Assembly (NCBI GenBank): GCA_018003015.1
Contig: JAGNEZ010000018.1
Coordinates: forward strand, 10,836-74,835
Length of the DNA stretch: 64,000 nt
Reading direction: 5' to 3'
DNA from: Phycisphaerae bacterium
GTDB taxonomy: Bacteria; Planctomycetota; Phycisphaerae; UBA1845; PWPN01
Shown piece by piece: positions 36,020 through 42,829 of the stretch. Both the position numbers and the translations under genes were made by a program. The notes below the pieces were generated by a model that was given only the letters and a program-made list of their open reading frames with translations, searched no databases and was not told the origin of the DNA. Every line of letters starts with the position of its first letter. The first letter of the stretch is position 1.

Positions 36020-37372
36020 TCACACCGCCTCCGGCACAATCCACTCATCGCGGCCGGCCCGCTTCAACAGAGCGTTGGCCTCGGCATCCTCCATGAACGT
36101 CTCCGTCTTGGCATCGAACCGCAGTTGGCGCCCCCCAACTCGGTACGAGATGTTGCCCATCTGACTGAGCAAAGTCGAACGGTGGCCCTCCTCGATATCC
36201 GCGTTGGGGCGCTCGCGAGTCTCGACGCACCTGAAAAAGTTGTCCAGGTGGGCCACGTGCGGGTGGTGCCCGTTCTGCTGGGCGATCACCTTCTCGCTAT
36301 CGTCGTAAACCTGCCAGCCGCCGCCGTGCCGCTCGGCGAACATGAGCCCCTTCGTGCCGTGCACCTCCACCCGCATGCCATCGAACGGCCAGTGGGGATA
36401 GGTGTCGCCGTCGCGGAGTTCCCAGGGCATCTTCTTCATGTATGGCACGCGCAGGGTCAGCTCGAACACCATGGTCAGCCCGCCGTAATCCCAGGTCACC
36501 ACCTGCGTATCCGGAGCCTCGCCGTCATGGTCGTACACCCGCGAACCGGTGGCCCAGACCGACTTCGGGTAGTCCTTGCCGATCAGCCAGCGGGCAAAGT
36601 CGATCTGGTGAATGCCGTCGTTGATGATGTCGCCGCCCGAGTAGTCCCAGAACCAGTGCCATGAGTAGTGAAACCGGTTCGCGTTGAACGCCCGCATGGG
36701 TGCCGGGCCAAGCCAGGCATCATAGTCCACGCCGGCCGGCACCGGCCCGTCCGCCTTGCGGCCGATCGGCGGCCACAGCTTCATGTTCAGCACCCGCACG
36801 AGGTGGACGTCGCCGAGCTTGCCGGATCGCAGGTACTCAACCGCGGCGGCCGCATAGTCGCCACTTCGCGTCTGGGTGCCGTGCTGAACCACTCGGTGGT
36901 ACTTGCGAGCGGCCTCAACCATCTTGCGGCCCTCCCAAGGATTGTGCGAAGCGGGCTTCTCCACGTACACGTCCTTACCCGCCTGGCAGGCCAGGATCGT
37001 CCCCAGAGCGTGCCAGTGATCCGGCGTCACGTTGAAGACCACGTTCACGTCCTTGTCATCGAGGATGCGACGGAAGTCGCTGACTGTCTTGGGGCGTCTG
37101 CCCCTCGCTTTCTCAACCAGATCGGCCGCACTCTTGAGCCGGCCCTCGTCCACATCGCACAGGTAGGCGATCTCGATCCCCTCGCGTTTGATGAGTTCCT
37201 GCTGCAGCAGCCAGACCCCACGCCCGCCGGTACCCATCATCCCCATCACGATCTTGCCCGAGGATGAGGCCGCTCGAACTCTTGGCGAGACAAGCGAAGC
37301 CGCTGCGAGCCCCGCGGTTGCGGCAACCGTGCCCCGCAGAAACTGACGACGAGAAGGCTTGGATCGACGCAT
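36020..37372 (-). CDS. Tat-signal Gfo/Idh/MocA family oxidoreductase
   Basis: MRRSKPSRRQFLRGTVAATAGLAAASL, then IVMGMMGTGGRG...DVYVEKPASHN. Start at 37372 with GGGAG 7 nt upstream. Confidence 0.88.
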   Translation of the reverse strand: MRRSKPSRRQFLRGTVAATAGLAAASLVSPRVRAASSSGKIVMGMMGTGGRGVWLLQQELIKREGIEIAYLCDVDEGRLKSAADLVEKARGRRPKTVSDFRRILDDKDVNVVFNVTPDHWHALGTILACQAGKDVYVEKPASHNPWEGRKMVEAARKYHRVVQHGTQTRSGDYAAAAVEYLRSGKLGDVHLVRVLNMKLWPPIGRKADGPVPAGVDYDAWLGPAPMRAFNANRFHYSWHWFWDYSGGDIINDGIHQIDFARWLIGKDYPKSVWATGSRVYDHDGEAPDTQVVTWDYGGLTMVFELTLRVPYMKKMPWELRDGDTYPHWPFDGMRVEVHGTKGLMFAERHGGGWQVYDDSEKVIAQQNGHHPHVAHLDNFFRCVETRERPNADIEEGHRSTLLSQMGNISYRVGGRQLRFDAKTETFMEDAEANALLKRAGRDEWIVPEAV

Positions 37373-37419
37373 GGTAAGCTCCCATTGGAGAAAGGAAGAC
37401 ACCATACAACGCGGAGAAC

Positions 37420-37448
37420 ATTATACGTCCCCTTGACACGGGTTTCGA
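37420..37448 (-). promoter_or_regulatory. promoter candidate for the oxidoreductase gene
   Basis: Perfect TATAAT on the minus strand (complement of 37420-37425). With a 17-nt spacer the -35 is TCGAAA (4/6). It lies about 48 nt upstream of ATG 37372. Confidence 0.4.
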
Positions 37449-37706
37449 CGTTGCGTCTCTCGGCTTTGACGCCATGGGGACCGCTGGCCAGCGGACCTGT
37501 TCGCCCACATCGCCCCACCGCACCCGAACAACGTGCCGCAGGAGTGAGATCACGGCCAATCCTGCCCACCGCGGAAACCAGCGCCTCCCATCGGCCCAGG
37601 CGCCGCCCGGCCTCCTGACAACCGGGGCCAAAACCGGACACCCAGACTCAAGCCAGTTCGGTTCAAGCATTTCGAGCCATTCTCCCGATACTCCGATAGG
37701 CGGACG

Positions 37707-37946
37707 TTGTCCAAACGTCCCCCCGGCGCTTTGAGCGAGGACGACAGTCCAGTGATCAAACCGGGTTTCTTGTGCCCGTTCGTTGACCGGCGCGATGCGC
37801 GCTGCGCCAACCTGCTGACCATGACTAACCTCAAAGAGGCTTTTCGCCTCTGCGCGGGAAACCATGAAGCCTGTAGAGTCTACCACCAGATCAGACTGGC
37901 CGAGCTCCGACGTGACACCCAGCTTCTCGTCGCCTGCTCGGCCTGA
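37707..37946 (+). CDS. Cys/His-rich small hypothetical ORF overlapping the annotated xerD 5' end
   Basis: TTG start, 79 aa: ...FLCPFVDRRDARCANLLTMTNLKEAFRLCAGNHEACRVYHQIRLAELRR... No family recognised. Overlaps the ATG-37864 version of xerD by 83 nt in another frame. Confidence 0.3.
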   Translation: MSKRPPGALSEDDSPVIKPGFLCPFVDRRDARCANLLTMTNLKEAFRLCAGNHEACRVYHQIRLAELRRDTQLLVACSA

Positions 37947-38901
37947 ATCGAGTTGCGGCCTGGCGGAGCCCCCGCCCATCGAGCCGTCCAAAACAGCGGC
38001 GGAAGAGCCCGCCATACACACCTTGATCGAGCAGTTCCTCTCCCGGCTCTGGTCCGAGGCGGGACTCGCCGAGAACACCCTGGCCGCCTATCGCCGCGAT
38101 CTGCAATCCCTGGCCGCCTTCTGCGAGCAAGCCGGCCTCAGGCTTCGACACATCTCGCCACGCGACGTCCAGACGTTCCTCATATCCCTCCGTGAGGAAG
38201 ATAACTTGGCCGTCAGTTCGATCGCTCGACGCCTCGTGGCCGTCAAGCTCTTCTGCCGGTTCTGCTATGCCACCGGTCACCTCGCCCGCGACATCGCCGC
38301 CTTCATCGAAACACCCAAAAAGTGGAACTACCTGCCCCAGGTCCTCAATGAAAAGCAGGTCGATGCTCTGCTGACCTTGCCCGACGACGGCGACTCCCTC
38401 GCCTCACGCGACCGAGCCATCCTCGAGCTGTTCTACGCCACCGGACTGCGAGTCAGCGAACTGGTCGGCCTGAGCCTCGGCGACGTTCAACTGGAGATCG
38501 GATACCTCCGCTGCTTGGGCAAGGGCAACAAGGAACGAGTCGTGCCCATCGGCAGCCACGCCATCAAGGCCCTCACCGAGTACCTGCGCGATCTTCGCCC
38601 CCAACTGGCCGACGGAAGGCCAACGGACCGCGTCTTCCTCTCACGCACCGGCAAGCCCCTCGATCGGACCAACTGCTGGCGCATGGTGGCCAAGTACGCT
38701 CGCCGCATGGGCGTGCCCGGCAAGCTGTCGCCACATACCCTGCGACACTCCTTCGCTACCCACATGCTCGCCGGCGGAGCCGACCTCCGCGTCGTGCAGG
38801 AAATACTCGGCCACGCCGATATCGCCACCACCCAAATCTACACCCACGTGGACTCCTCCCGGCTCAAAGCCATCCACCAGAAGTTCCACCCGCGCCAGTA
38901 G
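37864..38901 (+). CDS. xerD: site-specific tyrosine recombinase XerD
   Basis: LAENTLAAYRRDLQSLAAF, RDRAILELFYATGLRVSELVGL, HTLRHSFATHML and LGHADIATTQIYTHV. The first ~50 aa from ATG 37864 are S/P-rich and not Xer-like, so a TTG at 38023 is an alternative start. Confidence 0.9.
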   Translation: MKPVESTTRSDWPSSDVTPSFSSPARPESSCGLAEPPPIEPSKTAAEEPAIHTLIEQFLSRLWSEAGLAENTLAAYRRDLQSLAAFCEQAGLRLRHISPRDVQTFLISLREEDNLAVSSIARRLVAVKLFCRFCYATGHLARDIAAFIETPKKWNYLPQVLNEKQVDALLTLPDDGDSLASRDRAILELFYATGLRVSELVGLSLGDVQLEIGYLRCLGKGNKERVVPIGSHAIKALTEYLRDLRPQLADGRPTDRVFLSRTGKPLDRTNCWRMVAKYARRMGVPGKLSPHTLRHSFATHMLAGGADLRVVQEILGHADIATTQIYTHVDSSRLKAIHQKFHPRQ

Positions 38902-38966
38902 AGCAAGCCCCTAACAAGCCCCACGAACGTCAACACGCCAAAACACAAACCTGCGAACACCGTCGC

Positions 38967-38994
38967 TTGAAGGCCGGCACCACCTGCGTATCAT
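38967..38994 (+). promoter_or_regulatory. sigma70-like promoter candidate
   Basis: TTGAAG (38967-38972), 16-nt spacer, TATCAT (38989-38994), about 70 nt upstream of ATG 39063. Confidence 0.4.
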
Positions 38995-39062
38995 ACCGAG
39001 GGGAATGAAGAGCCCCCAGATGCCTGCGATAATACTCGCGATCCGTGGCCCGGAAGCAGACA

Positions 39063-39674
39063 ATGAGCGATACGGAGACGAACGCGGTCGACAGGCGTTT
39101 CCACTTCCGCTGCCTGCGCTGCGGATCGGTGCTGGAGGGACACTCCAGCCAGTCGAACCGGGATGGCCGGTGCCCGAGTTGCGATGCCGTCTTCACCGTG
39201 CCGCAGGTGGATCCACGAACCGGCCTGGCTATTCAGCATGCCGACCCGGGCGACGACGGCGAGCTGCCCGCCCCGGTACATGCCTACGCCGCAGCGGGCA
39301 CCAAGGCGCCACGCATCGTCCGCTGCGAAGATGATCACCTCGAGATCGAATGCCCGCGCTGCGAGCGACACTCTCCCGTGCATTCCGATAGCTGCCCGGG
39401 GTGCGGCTTGCCTTTCACCATGGAAGCCGCCAATTACAGCGTCCCAACCGCAAGCACCGAGATCGGCAGCCTGGCCGCGATGAGCGGCGTCATCGCATTA
39501 CTTGCCTCCCTGTGCCCAGGCATAGGCCTGGTGTGTGGCTTGATCGCTCTTGGGCTTGGGTGGACCGCACTGGTTCGAAGCAAGCACACCACGTCGACCG
39601 GCGGCTTGGTGGGCGCGATCCTCGGCCTGATCAGCCTGCTGCTCCAGACCCTCGCCCTCCTGGGGTCTATGTAG
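39063..39674 (+). CDS. double zinc-ribbon protein with C-terminal two-TM DUF4190-like domain
   Basis: FRCLRCGS...RCPSCDAVF and ECPRCERH...CPGCGLPF, then IGSLAAMSGVIALLASLCPGIGLVCGLIALGLGWTAL...GLVGAILGLISLLLQTLALL. Confidence 0.75.
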   Translation: MSDTETNAVDRRFHFRCLRCGSVLEGHSSQSNRDGRCPSCDAVFTVPQVDPRTGLAIQHADPGDDGELPAPVHAYAAAGTKAPRIVRCEDDHLEIECPRCERHSPVHSDSCPGCGLPFTMEAANYSVPTASTEIGSLAAMSGVIALLASLCPGIGLVCGLIALGLGWTALVRSKHTTSTGGLVGAILGLISLLLQTLALLGSM

Positions 39675-39706
39675 ACCCGCCGGATGTCAGGCCGACGCGG
39701 CCACGT

Positions 39707-40543
39707 CTACCTGGCAGAGCCTTCCAAGACTCGCGATACATGCAGAATGACGGACGCAATCAGTCTGTCTCGGGTGATCGGTTTGGTGAGATAGTCATCA
39801 CATCCCGCCGCCAGACATTTGCCGCGGTCGCCCGTCATCGCGTGAGCGGTCAGGGCAATGATCCGACCGGAATAGCCCTGCTTGCGCAACAGCCCGGTCG
39901 CTTCATAACCTTCCATCTCCGGCATCTGTATGTCCATCAGGATCAGGTCAAAAGGTCCGCCCGCCCGCCAGGCGGCGAGCGCTGCATCCACGGCCAGCTT
40001 GCCGTTCCCGACAATGCTCACCTCGGCCCCGGCCTTTTTGAGCATGTGGCCGATCAGTCGCTGGCTGTCGGGACCGTCCTCCGCCAGCAAGATCCTGTGC
40101 CCGGCCAATGCGCGGGAGGACGGCCGAGTCTCATCGTCCCGCACGGACAACTCCCCCGCCTCGGCGGCGTTCTTGGCCTTCTGGAGCTCGACCTCCGTCC
40201 GCTCCCGAGCCACCAGCTCGCGAGCCAACAGCAGGTTCTTGTAGGCCAGCGAGGAGATCTCCCCGGCCAACAGCCACAAGAGATCCAGAATCTCGGCAAA
40301 GCGATCCATCGGCATGCTCGGAACCTGATGAAACGCCCGTACCAGCTCCGGCGGAGGGACACCAATCTCGCAGGCGAAAACCGCCATGCTCCCCGCGTCC
40401 ACCCCCGCTGCGTTGACCTGGCCGATGAGCCAGTTGGCAATCTGCTTGCCGCCCACGACGATCGGGGCGCTGGCATCGACAAACCCGCAGCTATGGCACT
40501 GATCGTACCGCGGCTTCATCGCCTCCCGAGCTCGCTCACCCAC
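39707..40543 (-). CDS. receiver (REC) domain protein with truncated PocR-like N-terminal domain; probable hybrid-kinase remnant
   Basis: N-terminus [31 protein letters not shown] resembles the second half of a PocR sensor domain. C-terminus is a REC domain ([13 protein letters not shown]...[17 protein letters not shown]...IIALTAHAM...DDYLTKP). See the finding for the upstream in-frame TAG. Confidence 0.65.
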   Translation of the reverse strand: MGERAREAMKPRYDQCHSCGFVDASAPIVVGGKQIANWLIGQVNAAGVDAGSMAVFACEIGVPPPELVRAFHQVPSMPMDRFAEILDLLWLLAGEISSLAYKNLLLARELVARERTEVELQKAKNAAEAGELSVRDDETRPSSRALAGHRILLAEDGPDSQRLIGHMLKKAGAEVSIVGNGKLAVDAALAAWRAGGPFDLILMDIQMPEMEGYEATGLLRKQGYSGRIIALTAHAMTGDRGKCLAAGCDDYLTKPITRDRLIASVILHVSRVLEGSAR

Positions 40544-40769
40544 GATCCGATCCGACTCGATGCATCGAGCCCTGCCCTTCTCGGTGTTGCGGACCAGCTA
40601 ACAGGCGCTGCAGAATGAGCGCGATCGGCTCTGGGTGTTTGGCCAGCAGCGCGGCACATGACGCGATCGCGCGGCCCACCGCCAAACGATCGGCCGCTCG
40701 CTTCGGAGTCCACCACCGAGTGAGCACGGGATAAGCACCGAACCCAACACCACCTCAGGCCACCAGCCG

Positions 40770-41000
40770 CTACCGGCTGCGGCTGCACGGGCAATCGTCC
40801 GGTACCTCAATGCAAGGCTCGAGGTTGGCCAGGTCGCGACGTCGATCACGCTCGGCAAGGGCAAACTCGGCCGCTTCCTCGCGCGTGGCAAACCGCCCAA
40901 TCTCCTCGCGACGATCCGGCGCATGACAGAGCGTGACCGTCCACGCCTCGCTGTCGAGCGACCGCATGATGCAGATACCCAACGACGGCTTCGCATCCAT
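40770..41000 (-). CDS. small hypothetical protein (76 aa)
   Basis: Strong SD (GAGGAG, 6 nt spacing) before ATG 41000. Contains AWTVTLCHAPDRREEIGRFATREEAAEFALAERDRRRDL, whose W-V...F-T-EEA pattern is reminiscent of DUF2188 (weak, from memory). Confidence 0.5.
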   Translation of the reverse strand: MDAKPSLGICIMRSLDSEAWTVTLCHAPDRREEIGRFATREEAAEFALAERDRRRDLANLEPCIEVPDDCPCSRSR

Positions 41001-41117
41001 GAGTCTCTCCTCGTTGGCACGGCCACGGCCGGGAATGCCATAGGCATGCCGGCCCGATCAGACCCTACGCCTGCTCTCATTCATTCTACGACCGATACGA
41101 TGGGCAGACTAGACAAC

Positions 41118-41173
41118 AAAAAAACCACCCCGGTGTCACCCGCGAGCCTGACTCGCCGAAGACAACGGGGTGG
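41118..41173 (-). terminator. intrinsic terminator (long interrupted hairpin plus U7)
   Basis: Minus strand reads CCACCCCG-TTGTC-..-GCGAG-TCAGG-CTCGC-..-GACA-CCGGGGTGG followed by TTTTTTT (A7 at 41118-41124 on the plus strand). The outer 8 bp pair 41125-41132 with 41166-41173. Confidence 0.7.
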
Positions 41174-41186
41174 ATCGCTTACATGA

Positions 41187-41257
41187 GGCCAACAACACCC
41201 TTCCTTGTTCGGGCCGGAGAGGGGGATTGCAGCGGAAGGGCTTGCTTGTTGTTGGCC
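41187..41257 (-). ncRNA. large stem-loop immediately upstream of the terminator (candidate sRNA body or structured 3' UTR)
   Basis: Perfect 11-bp stem GGCCAACAACA/TGTTGTTGGCC (41187-41197 with 41247-41257), plus an inner 7 bp CCCTTCC/GGAAGGG. On the minus strand the 29-nt apical loop reads GCUGCAAUCCCCCUCUCCGGCCCGAACAA. Confidence 0.4.
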
Positions 41258-41303
41258 CGGTACAGACCATTGCGGCCTGTGACGGTATCGTGTTGACAGA
41301 CCT

Positions 41304-41648
41304 TCATCCGCCCACAAGACACTGACCTTCACATGGCAACTTGCGTGCCGGACTGCGATCGGCCAGCAGCCGCCTGATCAGAATGCGGCCAACATCCCCC
41401 AAATCGATCGCCGTGGCCCCCAGTGGGCCCGCAGCCAAGCCCACCCCTTTCCCGAAGGCGACCCAGGTAGCCCAACCCGACCACACGCACGCCGAATCAC
41501 CCAACCAGGCTGCGCCATTTGACCCAACGAGTGCGCCGAATAACCCAGCTTTCGGTGCCATTCTGACGGAACGCTCGGCGATCCAGAGCCAGCCCGGCCG
41601 CCCATGGCTAGGTCCTGCTCCCTTCATGCCCGCCAGCATTGCAGTCAC
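41304..41648 (-). CDS. Gly/Ala/Trp-rich small hypothetical protein (uncertain; possibly starts at 41561)
   Basis: ORF contains AGLFGALVGSNGAAWLG...WATWVAFGKGVGLAAGPLGATAIDLGDVGRILIRRLL. A 60-nt sample shows G-rich first codon positions for this strand. It shares wobble positions with an antisense plus-strand ORF, so GC3 cannot discriminate between them. Confidence 0.3.
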   Translation of the reverse strand: MTAMLAGMKGAGPSHGRPGWLWIAERSVRMAPKAGLFGALVGSNGAAWLGDSACVWSGWATWVAFGKGVGLAAGPLGATAIDLGDVGRILIRRLLADRSPARKLPCEGQCLVGG

Positions 41649-41673
41649 CCGGCCTCTCTCCTACCATACCAGC

Positions 41674-41892
41674 ATGGCAAACCCCAAGGACGAAATGCAG
41701 GAACGTACCTGTCGGTCTTGCCGACAGCCCTACCGGTATCCCGGGCGGGGCAACTTGGCCACGCGCTTCCACTGCCAGGCCTGCGCCGAGCTTCCCGCAC
41801 CTGTCCGTGACGCATTCGAGCGGTTCCACCGGCAAATCGCGTTGCTCGCCAGCAGGATCGAACAGCTGGAGCGACAGGTGTCTGTCAGGTAA
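41674..41892 (+). CDS. small zinc-ribbon plus coiled-coil protein (72 aa)
   Basis: MANPKDEMQERTCRSCRQPYRYPGRGNLATRFHCQACAELPAPVRDAFERFHRQIALLASRIEQLERQV. Has two CxxC pairs. Lies 17 nt upstream of the ferredoxin gene. Confidence 0.55.
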   Translation: MANPKDEMQERTCRSCRQPYRYPGRGNLATRFHCQACAELPAPVRDAFERFHRQIALLASRIEQLERQVSVR

Positions 41893-41909
41893 ACCTGGGG
41901 TGGCTCTTC

Positions 41910-42497
41910 ATGGCCGACGATCCGAAAACGCCGCCCTGTGGTCGCCGATCCGTCTTCCGGCTCGGCCTGCAGAGACTCATCGAACCGCTGGCCGCCTACG
42001 TGACGGACCGGCTGGACGTCCAGCTTCCCATCGTGCGGTCCGTCCTCCGCCCTCCTGGCGCCTTGCCGGAAGCGGCTTTCCTGAAAACCTGCTACCGATG
42101 CGGCAACTGCGTCGACGTCTGTCCGGCCAAGGCTATTCGGACCATCACCGCCGCCGAGCCGGATTGCACCGGAACACCCTACATCGACCCCGATCTCGCC
42201 GCCTGCGTCTTCTGTGACGAACTGGCCTGCATCAAGGCCTGCCCCAGCGGGGCCTTGAAGACCACCCCGTCCCCAGGCCACATCCGCCTCGGCACGGCCA
42301 GCTGGAAGGAGGAAGCCTGCCTCCGTTCGACCGGCGAAACTTGCACCGCCTGCGCCGACCGCTGCCCGATCGGACCCTCAGCCATCTCCTTGAACCAACG
42401 GGGACGCATCGAGATCCGAGCCGGGGCTTGTGTGGGCTGCGGCACATGTCAGTTTTACTGCCCCGCTTCGCCCAAGGCCATTCAGACCGAGCCTTGA
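41910..42497 (+). CDS. NapG/MauM-like ferredoxin-type protein with four 4Fe-4S motifs
   Basis: LRPPGALPEAAFLKTCYRCGNCVDVCP, CVFCDELACIKACP, CTACADRCP and CVGCGTCQFYCP. The N-terminus has a twin-arginine-like GRRSVFRLG. Confidence 0.8.
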   Translation: MADDPKTPPCGRRSVFRLGLQRLIEPLAAYVTDRLDVQLPIVRSVLRPPGALPEAAFLKTCYRCGNCVDVCPAKAIRTITAAEPDCTGTPYIDPDLAACVFCDELACIKACPSGALKTTPSPGHIRLGTASWKEEACLRSTGETCTACADRCPIGPSAISLNQRGRIEIRAGACVGCGTCQFYCPASPKAIQTEP

Positions 42498-42505
42498 TCG
42501 ACCCT

Positions 42506-42563
42506 CCCTGGGTAGACGTAACCACATTTCAAGTATTAAGTTACAGCTGACTACAGCCCAGGG
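42506..42563 (+). other. nested hairpin with AT-rich loop just after the ferredoxin stop
   Basis: CCCTGGG (42506-42512) pairs with CCCAGGG (42557-42563). The inner pair is GTAAC (42518-42522) with GTTAC (40-44 of 425xx). The 17-nt loop is CACATTTCAAGTATTAA. No U-tract follows. Confidence 0.4.
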
Positions 42564-42829
42564 GTGAATTGTGCAGAAGCCGCTTGCAATCAGGGCCTGG
42601 CTCGGTAGAATTAAGTGTAGCCATCGTGTGTCCTTGGCGGGGACGGAAAGCACCGTGTCGCGGAACGCTCCCCAGGACAGAAGAACCCAAGCCTCTCGGA
42701 CACGCTTGGGCGCTTCGCATGTGTTTCTACAACGCATCGGCTGCCTTGGGAGTCGTGGGTCGTGGGGTGCCGTAACGACCCAGAGTGGTAAGAAGTAAAC
42801 TCAGGGGTCTTTCAATCGGGAGGTTCACA

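Noticed and set aside
37864-38901. XerD as the integrase of a mobile element delimiting the 37.7-42.5 kb accessory patch.
   Set aside because: The sequence has the full XerD-type motif set (RHRY residues; LAENTL..Y..DL N-terminal domain). There is no adjacent tRNA, direct repeat or phage/plasmid gene. It is most simply the chromosomal dimer-resolution recombinase.
40598-40600. In-frame TAG in the PocR-like region as a recoded (pyrrolysine or read-through) codon.
   Set aside because: No pyl genes or recoding signals are visible. Similarity upstream also appears frame-shifted and the kinase core is missing, so decay is the simpler explanation.
41100-41340. Identity of the structured RNA as SRP (4.5S) RNA, 6S RNA, tmRNA or RNase P RNA.
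   Set aside because: I could not find the SRP helix-8 GGAA tetraloop with its AGCA/GGAA symmetric-loop context, a tRNA-like tmRNA 3' end, or RNase P conserved regions. The size and shape do not fit 6S RNA. Only an Infernal/Rfam scan can settle this.
41341-41673. Long P/S/A-rich N-terminal extension making the zinc-ribbon protein 183 aa.
   Set aside because: The composition (C-rich second codon positions) is typical of an antisense shadow. The compact 72-aa version from ATG 41674 contains all recognisable features. It is kept as an open ambiguity in the findings.
42579-42597. TGTGCA-N8-TTGCA as a sigma-54 promoter upstream of the dockerin gene.
   Set aside because: It lacks the essential GG of the -24 element.
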